From Campylobacterales bacterium (GTDB taxonomy: Bacteria > Campylobacterota > Campylobacteria > Campylobacterales > JALSKU01): a stretch of 64,000 nucleotides of DNA. The position numbers and the translations under genes were made by a program. The DNA lies in contig JALUBK010000040.1 in NCBI GenBank assembly GCA_027044945.1, positions 886 to 64,885 on the forward strand. The letters run 5' to 3'. This document shows, piece by piece, positions 18,906 to 28,883 of the stretch. Every line of letters starts with the position of its first letter. Position 1 is the first letter of the stretch. The notes under the pieces are model-generated. The model was not told the origin of the DNA and ran no database searches. It saw only the letters and a list, made by a program, of their open reading frames with translations.

Positions 18906-19729
18906 AAAAATCCTTTAGATAAAGGATGATATTTTCTTACAGTTTGTTCTAAGTTTTTTTGTTCTATATGGGTATATATTTGAGTGGTCAAAATGGAAGA
19001 ATGCCCCAATAATTCTTGAACAACTCTCAAATCTGCTCCCCCTAAAATCAAAGAAGTGGCATACGAATGCCTTAATACATGAGGAGAAACATTAAGATAT
19101 TTTTTAGTTATTTTAAAAGCTGTTATTCTGCTCATCTTCTGACCTTTGTAATTTATCCAAATATATTCACTTTTTTTCTCTCTTTTGTTTAAATATTCAT
19201 TTAAAGACAAAAGAGCTATTTGCGCTATCGGAACTATTCTTTGTTTATCTCCTTTGGCACTTCTTATTTTTAACCAACTATTATCTATATCATCTTTTTT
19301 TATTTCAATCGCTTCACTTACTCTAGTTCCAGTTGCATATAAAAAAAGTATAAAAGCATAATCTCTATATTTTATCCAATTATCTTTTTTTATATGCTTT
19401 AGAGATTGCATTATCTCATCATTTTCCAAAAGGACAGGCAATTTTTTTGATGTTTTAAACTGTTTTAAAACAGGCATATTATCTATAAAATCCTCTTTCA
19501 TGCAAAATTTTAAAAAAGAATTTATACTAGAAAGTTTTCTATTAATTGTATTTCTATTTGTCCATTTTTCCAAAAAGCCAAGTATATCATCCAAATTTAC
19601 TTTAATCAAATCTTTTTTTAAAAAAGTTTCAAAATCAACCAAATCAGATCGATAGGCTTCTATACTTTTTTTTCCTAATCCTTTTACAATGGTAATGTAT
19701 TCTATAAAAGCTTCTAAACTTCTAGACAT
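18902..19729 (-). CDS. xerH: tyrosine site-specific recombinase (XerH/XerD-like)
   Basis: 275 aa. N-terminal SAM-like core-binding domain and catalytic residues in ...RVSEA..., HVLRHSYATSLI and LLGHSSILTTQIYTH. Confidence 0.85.
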   Translation of the reverse strand: MSRSLEAFIEYITIVKGLGKKSIEAYRSDLVDFETFLKKDLIKVNLDDILGFLEKWTNRNTINRKLSSINSFLKFCMKEDFIDNMPVLKQFKTSKKLPVLLENDEIMQSLKHIKKDNWIKYRDYAFILFLYATGTRVSEAIEIKKDDIDNSWLKIRSAKGDKQRIVPIAQIALLSLNEYLNKREKKSEYIWINYKGQKMSRITAFKITKKYLNVSPHVLRHSYATSLILGGADLRVVQELLGHSSILTTQIYTHIEQKNLEQTVRKYHPLSKGFL

Positions 19730-19737
19730 AAAAAATA

Positions 19738-20745
19738 TTATTTAATATTCAATTTAAAATATTCATTATTATAATATAAAGTCTTACCAGTGGTAAACAT
19801 TAAATCATTTATTGGACCAGGAAGCTGATATACATTCGCCGTAATTAGATTTTTATCAACTGCTATCAAATAACCAGATTTTTCTATAGCATAAATAAAA
19901 TTCCCATAAATAGCCGCAGAAAAATTTGCAAATTTAAATTTTCTTTCTTTTAAATTTTGTAAAGTAGATGAACTTAGAATAATTCTTCCATCTTTTGTAA
20001 AAATAAATATTCTTTCGCCTAAAAATATAATATCTTTAACACCTACATTCATAAAATAAACATTTTTAGGGTCTATAGAGATTATTCTATTTTGTGTTGC
20101 AGCTACAAGTCTATTATCTAAAACATTTAAAAATATTACATTATTAAAATATTTTTTAGAACTTACAACAATATCTTTTATCACTTTATTCGTATTTGTA
20201 TCTACAATAACAAGTCTTCCGTCAAGTGTTGGAAAAACTACTAATGTTCCTAAAAAATATGGATTTGCAATTCTAGCATCAACCGCATAAATATTATCTA
20301 ATTTTTTTTCAAAAAGTATTTTTTTTTGTTTTATATTAAAAAGCTCGATAGAGTTATTAGCAAAAACCAGAGCTAAAATATTTTTATTTAATTTTGCACT
20401 TGCAATAATATTTTTAAAATTATATGAAAATATATTTTTCTCTTTTAAAGTTTCAATCTCCAAATTTCCTGTCGGAGAAGTTGAAATTATTTTTTTATTC
20501 TCAAAAGATAAAAATCTATAATTTTTTGGTATTTTTGCTTTTAATAAACCATATTTTCTAACAATAACCTGCCCATTTTCAAGAGTTGCACCACTTCTTG
20601 TAACATCAACTATTTTTGCAGGAAGTTTTCCATCATAATCCACAATACCAACTACTCTATTTGGTTCGTAAATTGACTTGGACGAACAGCCTGAAAACAA
20701 AATGAAAACTATGCAAAAAACGAAAACTTTTATTATTTTTATCAT
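19738..20745 (-). CDS. lipoprotein with PQQ-like beta-propeller repeats (BamB-like)
   Basis: 335 aa. Lipobox LFSGC, and repeated DGRLVIVDTNTNKVI / DGRIILSS / SGYLIAVDKNLI blades. It lies immediately downstream of a YfgM-like gene. Confidence 0.5.
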   Translation of the reverse strand: MIKIIKVFVFCIVFILFSGCSSKSIYEPNRVVGIVDYDGKLPAKIVDVTRSGATLENGQVIVRKYGLLKAKIPKNYRFLSFENKKIISTSPTGNLEIETLKEKNIFSYNFKNIIASAKLNKNILALVFANNSIELFNIKQKKILFEKKLDNIYAVDARIANPYFLGTLVVFPTLDGRLVIVDTNTNKVIKDIVVSSKKYFNNVIFLNVLDNRLVAATQNRIISIDPKNVYFMNVGVKDIIFLGERIFIFTKDGRIILSSSTLQNLKERKFKFANFSAAIYGNFIYAIEKSGYLIAVDKNLITANVYQLPGPINDLMFTTGKTLYYNNEYFKLNIK

Positions 20746-20761
20746 TTATTATTATCCTTTA

Positions 20762-21361
20762 TTATTTTGAAAAATGTTCTAAATTTTTAGCTATATTATC
20801 AAGAGGAGAATCAATCTCTATAAGAGACAATTTGATTTTTGCTTGATCTACTTTCTTATTTTTTAAAAGCAAAAAAGCATCTTCCAATAGTGCCATATTT
20901 CTAAGTAGTCCAATTTTTGAATTATTAATATATGTCTCTATCTCTTTTTGACTTTTATCTATAGATGCAAGCTGATATTGAGCCAAATCTTTTAAAATTT
21001 TATCATTGGATTGTTTAGTAACTTCTTTCAAAAGTTGCTTATTGTTTGTTTTTGAAGCTATTTGAAATTCATAAGCATCATAAAGTTTAATATTTTTATT
21101 TTTTAAAGTTTTTAAAGCTTGTTTATCATTTGGGTTTTGCATCAATTTGAGATATGCAGTGTTTGCTATTTTTAGATTATTTTCATCAATATATGTTTTT
21201 ACACTATATCCGACAAATAAAATTATCACGATTGCTGTAATAATCCAAATAGGCTTTTTATATCTTTTATAAAATCTTTCCGCCCTTATCATACCTTCCA
21301 AAAATTGTTCTTCTGTATTCAACTCTTCTTTGATAGCTTTTAAATCATCTTTTACACTCAA
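20762..21361 (-). CDS. YfgM-like membrane-anchored TPR-like protein
   Basis: N-terminal EEQFLEGMIRAERFYKRYKKPIW, a single TM segment, then a helical repeat region. The likely start is TTG at 21361 (AAGGA SD); the ORF track extends to 21397. Confidence 0.5.
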   Translation of the reverse strand: MSVKDDLKAIKEELNTEEQFLEGMIRAERFYKRYKKPIWIITAIVIILFVGYSVKTYIDENNLKIANTAYLKLMQNPNDKQALKTLKNKNIKLYDAYEFQIASKTNNKQLLKEVTKQSNDKILKDLAQYQLASIDKSQKEIETYINNSKIGLLRNMALLEDAFLLLKNKKVDQAKIKLSLIEIDSPLDNIAKNLEHFSK

Positions 21362-21506
21362 GGAAAATCCTTTAAAAATTTTATAACATATTATCACATT
21401 TAAAATTAAACTCGGTTTATGGCAAACTATATTAATATAAAAAATATATAATTTAAGTTTAATTTTGTTTTGCTATAATACATAATTATTGTTTTGAGGT
21501 AAAAAT

Positions 21507-21797
21507 ATGAAGATTAATGAAGTTTTATTAGAAAAACTGGAAAAATTATCTATGATTGAGATAAAAGATGAAAAAAAAGAAGAAATGATTAAAAATCTTA
21601 GTGAAATAGTTAATTTTGTTGAAAATTTAAGTGAATTGGATTTAACAAATAAAGATGCTTCTTTTGCAACTTTAAATGGAGGAACTCCTTTTAGAGAAGA
21701 TTTACCTAGTAAAAATCCAGAAATTATAGAAATTATATTAAAAAATGCACCAAAAAAAGAAGATAACTTTTTTGCAGTGCCAAAAATAATAGAATAA
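21507..21797 (+). CDS. gatC: Asp-tRNA(Asn)/Glu-tRNA(Gln) amidotransferase subunit C
   Basis: 96 aa, GatC-like (LEKLSMIEIKDEKKEEMIKNLSEIVNFVENLSELD...REDLP). Confidence 0.9.
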   Translation: MKINEVLLEKLEKLSMIEIKDEKKEEMIKNLSEIVNFVENLSELDLTNKDASFATLNGGTPFREDLPSKNPEIIEIILKNAPKKEDNFFAVPKIIE

Positions 21798-21806
21798 GGA
21801 TTTATC

Positions 21807-22880
21807 ATGGCAATTATTGATATTAGAACTCTTTTAAAAAGCATAAGCGAATACAAAGCATCTGATCTTCATTTGGTAAGCAGAAGTGAGCCTCAAATAA
21901 GAATTGATGGCAAATTAACCCCTCTTGATCTTCCAAAATTAAATGGACAAACTATTGAAACTATGTGTTATTCTATTTTAACTGATAAACAAAAAAAGAA
22001 TTTAGAAGAAAACAAAGAACTTGATTTTGCTATAGAACTTCCAAACATTGGAAGATTTAGAGCAAACTATTATTATACCATGAATGGGGAAGTTGCTGCT
22101 GCTTTTAGAACAATTCCTATGGATGTGCCGTCTATTGACGAATTAAAATTACCTCAAATATTCAAAGATCTTGTCAAAAAAGAGAAAGGATTGATTTTAG
22201 TAACAGGACCAACAGGAAGTGGAAAATCAACAACATTAGCAGCCATGTTAAATGAAATAAATTTAACAGAAGAAAAACATATTATAACGATAGAAGATCC
22301 TGTAGAATTTATTCATCAAAACAAAAAATCACTTTTTTCACATAGAAATGTAGGAGTAGATACTTTTAGTTTTGCAAATGGATTAAAATTTTCATTAAGA
22401 GAAGATCCAGATGTTGTGCTTGTGGGTGAAATGAGAGACAGAGAAACAATTTCAACTGCTATAACAGCAGCAGAAACAGGTCATTTGGTATTTGCCACTT
22501 TGCATACAAACTCTGCAGTTCAAACAATAAACAGGATAGTGGATAGTTTTGAAGGAGGAGAACAAATTCAAGTAAGAACAATGCTTTCAACTTCTTTGTC
22601 GGCTATTATATCTCAAAGTTTATTACCTAAAATAGGAAGCGGTAGGATAGCAATTCTTGAATTATTACTTAATAATTCTGCAATTTCAAACTTAATCAGA
22701 GAAAATAAAATCCATCAAATATATTCCCAAATGCAATTAAATCAAATGAAAACAGGAATGAGAACACAGACTCAATCAATGGTTGAAGCGATAAGAAATA
22801 AAACTATAGATAAAAATGTGGCTTTAAGATTTTCAACACAACCTCAAGAATTGGCAAATTTAATAGGGGTTAATTACTAA
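21807..22880 (+). CDS. pilT: type IV pilus retraction ATPase PilT
   Basis: 357 aa. Walker A GPTGSGKST, Asp box, Walker B (DPDVVLVGEMRD), His box (TGHLVFATLHT) and a PilT-specific AIxNLIRE motif (AISNLIRENK). Confidence 0.93.
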   Translation: MAIIDIRTLLKSISEYKASDLHLVSRSEPQIRIDGKLTPLDLPKLNGQTIETMCYSILTDKQKKNLEENKELDFAIELPNIGRFRANYYYTMNGEVAAAFRTIPMDVPSIDELKLPQIFKDLVKKEKGLILVTGPTGSGKSTTLAAMLNEINLTEEKHIITIEDPVEFIHQNKKSLFSHRNVGVDTFSFANGLKFSLREDPDVVLVGEMRDRETISTAITAAETGHLVFATLHTNSAVQTINRIVDSFEGGEQIQVRTMLSTSLSAIISQSLLPKIGSGRIAILELLLNNSAISNLIRENKIHQIYSQMQLNQMKTGMRTQTQSMVEAIRNKTIDKNVALRFSTQPQELANLIGVNY

Positions 22881-22890
22881 GGAAAATAAA

Positions 22891-23835
22891 ATGGATAATA
22901 ATGAATTGAATGATTTTATTAAAAACATAGGGAAAAAAGCTTTTAAAAGATTGGAAGAATTAAATATTCCACCATATCCTAAATATTACCAAGATTCTTT
23001 TAAAGATTTTTTAAAAGACAAAGATAAAACAATTGTTTATTTGGAAAAAAATAGTTATCTTATAGATGCCATACCAAACAATAATGACAACGATATTACA
23101 GATACATGTTATAAAATTGCAAAAGAGTCAATAAATAAATTTAGCAAAACAAATGAAGATATTAAAAAAATATCCAATAAAAGTTCTATTGATTTAAATA
23201 ATTTAAGCAAAGAGATAGAAAATTTCGATGGAACAAAAATTTTAGAAAGTTTTAATGGTTTTCATAAAACATTACAAAACACTCTAAAAGAAGCAGATGA
23301 TACCATCATGAAACTTCAAGAAGAAATAATTAAACTTGAAAAAGAATCAAACATAGATCCTCTCACTAAAGTATTTAATAAAAGAGCACTAATAAAAGAT
23401 TTAGGAGATATTTTAAATTGCGGATTAGATAAAAAATTAGATTTAACTGTTATGATGTTTGATTTGGATGATTTTAAAAAAGTTAATGATACTTATGGTC
23501 ATATTGCCGGAGATAAAACTCTTATTTATTTGGGCAAAATACTCAAAAATTCACTCAGAAATGAAGTTAAAGTATATAGATTTGGTGGAGAAGAATTTTT
23601 TATAGTCTTAAACAGAATTGATATAGAACAAGCAAAAAAAATAGGAGATAGAATTTTAGAAACAATGAGAAAAAGTAAACTTTTATACAAAAGTAGCACC
23701 ATAAGAATCACATTAAGCGGAGGCATTACTTCCCATAAAAAAGGAGATACTTTAGACTCGATTATTGAAAGAGTGGATTCAGCTTTATATAGAGCCAAAA
23801 ATTCCGGTAAAGATAGAATTGAAGTGGAAGTTTAA
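22891..23835 (+). CDS. cytoplasmic diguanylate cyclase (GGDEF domain)
   Basis: 314 aa. The roughly 150-aa N-terminal region with a coiled coil is unassigned. The C-terminal GGDEF domain has DPLTKVFNKRAL and RFGGEEF. The I-site position reads RNEV, so there is no RxxD. Confidence 0.9.
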   Translation: MDNNELNDFIKNIGKKAFKRLEELNIPPYPKYYQDSFKDFLKDKDKTIVYLEKNSYLIDAIPNNNDNDITDTCYKIAKESINKFSKTNEDIKKISNKSSIDLNNLSKEIENFDGTKILESFNGFHKTLQNTLKEADDTIMKLQEEIIKLEKESNIDPLTKVFNKRALIKDLGDILNCGLDKKLDLTVMMFDLDDFKKVNDTYGHIAGDKTLIYLGKILKNSLRNEVKVYRFGGEEFFIVLNRIDIEQAKKIGDRILETMRKSKLLYKSSTIRITLSGGITSHKKGDTLDSIIERVDSALYRAKNSGKDRIEVEV

Positions 23836-24386
23836 TGGGAAATGTATCTTATTTTGATTTAAGCTTAATTGTTTTACTTTTAATTTTTGGAATCAAAGGG
23901 CTTTTGAATGGATTAATCAAAGAAGTATTTGGTTTAATCGGTATTATTGGTGGTATATTTTTAGCTTCTAGATATGCTGACAAAACTGGTAACTTCATTA
24001 ATTCAAATGTTTATCATATAAACAATAAAGCTTCTATTTATTTGATAGGATTTTTAGTAATTTTATTACTTTTTTGGTTACTATCTTTATTGACAGGTTA
24101 TATTTTTACCAAACTTGTTTCTCTTAGCGGTTTAGGATTAGTCAATAGAATATCAGGTTTTATCATAGGATCAGCTAAAATATTTTTGCTTTTTTCAATA
24201 ATAATTTTTGCATTAAGAAACATTACCTTTTTCAAAAACAATCTTGATTCAAAATTAAAAAATTCAAAATCATACCCATATCTTATTGAAACAGGAAATT
24301 ATATATTAAAACTCGATCTCAATAAAACAGTAAAAAAAATACAGACAGTTATACCTTTAGATAAAAATAAAACTTTAAATAAATAG
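23835..24386 (+). CDS. cvpA: CvpA-family membrane protein
   Basis: 183 aa with four TM segments and a typical CvpA N-terminus (FDLSLIVLLLIFGIKGLLNGLIKE). Confidence 0.85.
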   Translation: MGNVSYFDLSLIVLLLIFGIKGLLNGLIKEVFGLIGIIGGIFLASRYADKTGNFINSNVYHINNKASIYLIGFLVILLLFWLLSLLTGYIFTKLVSLSGLGLVNRISGFIIGSAKIFLLFSIIIFALRNITFFKNNLDSKLKNSKSYPYLIETGNYILKLDLNKTVKKIQTVIPLDKNKTLNK

Positions 24387-24393
24387 GATAAAT

Positions 24394-24870
24394 ATGTCAA
24401 GCAAAAATTATGAGCAACTGTTAGTAAAATTTAAAGAAATATTAAAAAATCAAAATTTAAAATACACTGCTCAAAGAGAAATGATTTTAAAAACATTATA
24501 TAAAAATAAAAAACATTTTACACCAGAAGAACTGCAAGACAATATAAAGCATAATTATCCTAAATTAAATATTGGAATAGCAACTGTTTATAGAACTTTA
24601 AATATTTTAGAAAAATTTAAAATAGTAACATCAATATCTTTTGGGCAATCTGGTAAAAAATACGAATTGGCTATAAAACCTCATCATGATCATTTGATAT
24701 GTGATATGTGTGGTTCTATTATAGAATTTGAAGACAAAGATATAGAAAAAAAACAAGATGAAATAGCTACAAAATATGGTTTTTTAATTACAAGTCATAT
24801 TTTACAACTTCATGGAATCTGCAAAAAATGTAGAAATAAATTAAAGGAAAAAAAAATTGGAATTAAATGA
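24394..24870 (+). CDS. fur: Fur-family transcriptional regulator
   Basis: 158 aa. Winged helix ([11 protein letters not shown]), HHDHLIC and CxxC pairs (CDMCG, CKKC). The cvpA-fur-lysS-glyA order matches C. jejuni. Confidence 0.9.
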   Translation: MSSKNYEQLLVKFKEILKNQNLKYTAQREMILKTLYKNKKHFTPEELQDNIKHNYPKLNIGIATVYRTLNILEKFKIVTSISFGQSGKKYELAIKPHHDHLICDMCGSIIEFEDKDIEKKQDEIATKYGFLITSHILQLHGICKKCRNKLKEKKIGIK

Positions 24871-26368
24871 ATATGAACTTCGAAGAGTTCAAAAAGCAAA
24901 TGAGTTAAAAGAAAAAGGAATAAATCCTTATCCTCATAATATAAATAAAGAGTTAAGCACACAAGATTTTATAAATACATACCATTATGTTGAAGAATTA
25001 GAAACTAAAAGAGATGAAGAAAAAAATGGTTGCATAGCAGGAAGAATTAAATTTCTAAGGTTGATGGGCAAGGCTGCATTTTTAAAGATAGAAGATAGCG
25101 AGGGAACTTTACAAATTTATATCAATAGAGATGCTTTGGGGGTTGATTGGTTTAAAGATGTAAAAAAATATATTGAAGTTGGAGACATTATAAAGGTATG
25201 CGGTTTTCCTTTTGTTACAAAAACTGGAGAATTAACACTGCATGCAAAGAGTTTAGAACTCGTTACAAAAGCCATAACACCATTGCCAGAAAAATTTCAT
25301 GGACTTAACGATAAAGAACTCAGATATAGACAAAGATATCTTGATTTGATAATGAACGAGGATGTGAAAAAAGTTTTTAAAACAAAAAGTAATATCATAA
25401 GTGCTATTAGAAATTTTTTTGAAAATAAAAACTTTTTAGAAGTTGAAACACCTATGATGCATCCAATCGCCGGAGGAGCAAATGCTAAACCATTTGTAAC
25501 TTATCATAATGCTTTGGGAGTTGAAAGATATCTTAGAATTGCTCCGGAACTTTATTTAAAAAGATTGGTTGTAGGAGGATTTGAATCTGTTTTTGAAATA
25601 AATAGAAACTTCAGAAATGAAGGAATGGATCTTACTCACAATCCTGAATTTACCATGATAGAATTTTATTGGGCTTATCATAATTATAAAGATTTAATGC
25701 ATTTGAGTGAAGAATTATTTTTGTATCTATTAAACAAATTAAATCTTCCTCAAAAATTACCTTATGGCGATATTGAAATTGATTTTAAGGCACCTTTTGC
25801 AAAAATAAAATATGATGATGCTTTGATAGAAATAGGAAAAATAGATAAAAATATTATCAATAATAAAGAAAAAATCTTAGATTTTTTCAAACAAAACAAT
25901 ATAAAAGTAAATGAAAAAAGCGATATAGGACATTTAAAAGCAGAACTTTTTGATAATTTTGTTGAAGAAAAACTTATCAATCCTACTTTTATAATGGATT
26001 TTCCTATTGAAATAAGTCCTCTTTCAAGGAGAAGTGATGAAAACCCAAATATAGCAGAAAGATTTGAACTATTTTGTGCAGGAAAAGAGATAGCAAACGG
26101 TTTTAATGAGCTAAATGATCCTTTAGATCAATATGAAAGATTTAAAGGACAAATAGATGCAAAAAATGCTGGAGATGATGAAGCACATGAAATGGATGAA
26201 GATTATGTAAAAGCATTAGGTTATGCTATGCCTCCTACTGCTGGTGAAGGAATAGGAATAGACAGACTTGTTATGCTTTTAACAAATCAGCACTCCATTA
26301 GAGATGTTATTTTGTTTCCAGCAATGAGACCACTTGAAAATAAAAATAATAATAAGGAAAAAAAATGA
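24857..26368 (+). CDS. lysS: lysine-tRNA ligase (class II)
   Basis: 503 aa. OB anticodon-binding domain and class II motifs ([16 protein letters not shown]). TTG start. Confidence 0.97.
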   Translation: MELNEYELRRVQKANELKEKGINPYPHNINKELSTQDFINTYHYVEELETKRDEEKNGCIAGRIKFLRLMGKAAFLKIEDSEGTLQIYINRDALGVDWFKDVKKYIEVGDIIKVCGFPFVTKTGELTLHAKSLELVTKAITPLPEKFHGLNDKELRYRQRYLDLIMNEDVKKVFKTKSNIISAIRNFFENKNFLEVETPMMHPIAGGANAKPFVTYHNALGVERYLRIAPELYLKRLVVGGFESVFEINRNFRNEGMDLTHNPEFTMIEFYWAYHNYKDLMHLSEELFLYLLNKLNLPQKLPYGDIEIDFKAPFAKIKYDDALIEIGKIDKNIINNKEKILDFFKQNNIKVNEKSDIGHLKAELFDNFVEEKLINPTFIMDFPIEISPLSRRSDENPNIAERFELFCAGKEIANGFNELNDPLDQYERFKGQIDAKNAGDDEAHEMDEDYVKALGYAMPPTAGEGIGIDRLVMLLTNQHSIRDVILFPAMRPLENKNNNKEKK

Positions 26369-27612
26369 GTTTTTTAAAAGATACAGATCCATTAATATAC
26401 GAATTATGCGAAAAAGAGCTTAAAAGACAAAGCGAACATCTTGAAATGATTGCTAGTGAAAATTTTACAAGTCCTTCTGTTATGGAAGCCATGGGAAGTG
26501 TTTTTACAAACAAATATGCAGAAGGTTATCCAAATAAAAGATATTATGGTGGCTGTGAATATGCCGATAAAGTTGAGCAATTAGCAATAGATCGTGCCTG
26601 TAAACTTTTTGGATGTAAATTTGCAAATGTCCAACCAAATTCAGGTTCTCAAGCAAATCAAGCTGTCTATCAAGCACTTTTAAAGCCTTATGATAAAATA
26701 CTTGGAATGGATTTAAGTCAGGGAGGACATTTAACACATGGATCAAAAGTAAGCAGTTCTGGTAAAACTTATTCAAGCTTTTTTTATGGTGTAAATGATG
26801 AAGGCTTTATAGATTATAATGAAGTAAAAAAAATAGCAAATATTGTAAAACCAAAAATTATAATTTGCGGAGCAAGTGCATATCCAAGAGAAATTAATTT
26901 TGCAAAATTTAGAGAAATAGCAGATGAAGTAGGAGCTTATCTTTTTGCTGATGTTGCTCATATAGCAGGTCTTGTAGTAGCAGGGGAACATCCAAATCCT
27001 TTTCCTCATTGTCATGTAGTTACAACTACAACCCATAAAACTTTAAGAGGACCTAGAGGAGGACTTATTTTAAGCAATGATGAAGAGATTGCTAAAAAAA
27101 TTAATAGTGCTATTTTTCCTGGCATCCAAGGAGGACCTTTAGTTCATGTTGTTGCCGCAAAGGCTGTTGGATTTGGAGAAAATCTTAAACCAAGTTGGAA
27201 GGAATATGCCAAACAAGTAAAAGCAAACACTAAAATTTTAGCTGAAATTTTATTGAAAAGAGGATATAATATCGTCAGCGGAGGAACAGATAATCATTTG
27301 ATATTGGTATCATTTTTAGATAAAAATTTTAGTGGAAAAGATGCTGACTTGGCTCTTGGAAATGCAGGAATAACAGTCAATAAAAACACTGTTCCAGGAG
27401 AAACAAGAAGTCCTTTTGTAACAAGTGGTATTAGGATAGGATCTGCAGCTCTTACAAGTAGAGGAATGAAAGAAAAAGAATTTAAAATAATCGCGAATAA
27501 AATTGCTGATGTTTTGGATGATATAGAAAACAGTCAATTGCAAAATTCAATAAAAGAAGAATTAAAAAATTTGGCTAAAAATTTTATTATATATGATAGA
27601 CCTACTTATTAA
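26365..27612 (+). CDS. glyA: serine hydroxymethyltransferase
   Basis: 415 aa. The PLP site is [16 protein letters not shown]. Confidence 0.98.
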   Translation: MSFLKDTDPLIYELCEKELKRQSEHLEMIASENFTSPSVMEAMGSVFTNKYAEGYPNKRYYGGCEYADKVEQLAIDRACKLFGCKFANVQPNSGSQANQAVYQALLKPYDKILGMDLSQGGHLTHGSKVSSSGKTYSSFFYGVNDEGFIDYNEVKKIANIVKPKIIICGASAYPREINFAKFREIADEVGAYLFADVAHIAGLVVAGEHPNPFPHCHVVTTTTHKTLRGPRGGLILSNDEEIAKKINSAIFPGIQGGPLVHVVAAKAVGFGENLKPSWKEYAKQVKANTKILAEILLKRGYNIVSGGTDNHLILVSFLDKNFSGKDADLALGNAGITVNKNTVPGETRSPFVTSGIRIGSAALTSRGMKEKEFKIIANKIADVLDDIENSQLQNSIKEELKNLAKNFIIYDRPTY

Positions 27613-27622
27613 AGGATAATAT

Positions 27623-28165
27623 ATGTATAATACCGATATAACTCTTATAAAAATGATCAAAAAATTTTACTATATAAAAAGAGATCGAGTTGTAAATAAA
27701 ATAACTTACAAAGGTAAAACATTTTTTGATAAATTTGAAAAAATAGATAAAACTCTTACTTTGTCTGTTATGAATGAACATGAGGAAAAAAAAATAACAG
27801 TAGCTCACTCTTTGATTTCAGATAGAGATATAGTAGAAAATATCGTTTTTGATTATAATGGAAGAAATCCTGAAAGATTTTGGCATAGAGCACAACTTAT
27901 GTTAAGAGAAGAAGGATATATTAACTTTACAGCATATAAAACTAAAACTGAAGGACATTTGCATCTTTATATTCATAAAGGTCATACAGCTTTGCAAGAA
28001 GCTTATCAATTAGCAAAATTATTGTCTGCAAAACTGCAACAAAAAATGCCTGTGCAATGGAAAATGTTTCCTGACCCAAATATACCAAGAGATTTTAATA
28101 TTCTTATTTTACCTTATGAGGTTTATAAAAAAGAAAGAGGATCTTCTTGGTCAAAACATATGTAA
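27623..28165 (+). CDS. DUF1882-like conserved hypothetical protein
   Basis: 180 aa. Its position after glyA matches the Cj0403/HP0184 family of Campylobacterota. It contains IVFDYNG ... TEGHLHLYIH motifs. Confidence 0.6.
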   Translation: MYNTDITLIKMIKKFYYIKRDRVVNKITYKGKTFFDKFEKIDKTLTLSVMNEHEEKKITVAHSLISDRDIVENIVFDYNGRNPERFWHRAQLMLREEGYINFTAYKTKTEGHLHLYIHKGHTALQEAYQLAKLLSAKLQQKMPVQWKMFPDPNIPRDFNILILPYEVYKKERGSSWSKHM

Positions 28166-28184
28166 AACATATAAGGAGTATTTT

Positions 28185-28877
28185 ATGGAAGAAAAAAATG
28201 AATTGAGTGATATATTATTAGATAAAAACAAAAACAATGCCTCTAAAAAGAAAAAAATTCTTTTATTAGTTATAGCATTAATTCTTTTGTTTTTGCTTGT
28301 ATTGATTGGAATGAAAATATTTAACAAATCTGAAACAAAAACAAATAAATTAAATATGGTTTTGCCTCCAGAGCCAACAACAGTTAATACAAAACAAAAA
28401 GATGATCTTTTTAAACAAGTTCCTATTGTCGAAGAAAATACTAGCAAAGAAAATAACTTTAATGCTATGGTTGAAAAATTAAAAAAGAAAGAACAAAAAG
28501 AGAATATTAATACACAAGTTGCTAAAAAAAATCTTCAACCAACCGAAGAAAATAAAACAATCGAACCAATAGAAACAAAAATTTTAAAAACAACAAAAAA
28601 AATAGCCAAAAAAAATTCCAAAACAAAACAAGAATTTTTTAAAAACAATATCTATATACAAGTTGGAGTAAATTATAGATTTAAACCTAATAAAAAATAT
28701 TTACTAAAAATTAAAAAACTTGGATATCATTATAGACTGTATAATACAAAAATAGGAGGCAAAAAGGTTGTAAAAACATTGATAGGTCCATATAAAAATA
28801 GAACAGAAGCAAAAAAAGCATTAATTAAAATCAAAAAAAATATTAATAAAGCTGCTTTTATGTATATTATAAGATAA
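28185..28877 (+). CDS. SPOR-domain membrane protein
   Basis: The ATG at 28185 has an AAGGAG SD. There is one TM segment, a Lys/Glu-rich linker and a C-terminal SPOR-like domain (IYIQVGVN...IGPYKNRTEAKKALIKIKK). Confidence 0.75.
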   Translation: MEEKNELSDILLDKNKNNASKKKKILLLVIALILLFLLVLIGMKIFNKSETKTNKLNMVLPPEPTTVNTKQKDDLFKQVPIVEENTSKENNFNAMVEKLKKKEQKENINTQVAKKNLQPTEENKTIEPIETKILKTTKKIAKKNSKTKQEFFKNNIYIQVGVNYRFKPNKKYLLKIKKLGYHYRLYNTKIGGKKVVKTLIGPYKNRTEAKKALIKIKKNINKAAFMYIIR

Positions 28878-28883
28878 TGAAAT

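Noticed and set aside
18902-19729. The tyrosine recombinase as the integrase of an integrated mobile element.
   Set aside because: It is small (275 aa) and Xer-like, and it is embedded in overlapping core genes (coaX, hisG, the lipoprotein). There are no flanking direct repeats, tRNA genes or cargo genes. I also found no dif-like palindrome in the adjacent 8-nt gap.
21473-21856. 127-aa ORF antisense to gatC. Similar long antisense or alternative-frame ORFs occur at 62747-63190 (inside corA), 56456-56869 (inside the TonB-dependent-receptor-like gene), 31194-31550 (recR), 8089-8627 (guaA), 38691-39029 (uvrA) and 4111-4344 (lptD).
   Set aside because: They are low-complexity, Ser/Phe/Ile/Leu-rich translations typical of the reverse strand of AT-rich genes. 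Each lies entirely inside a gene with strong homology-type motifs. None has an SD or any recognisable domain.
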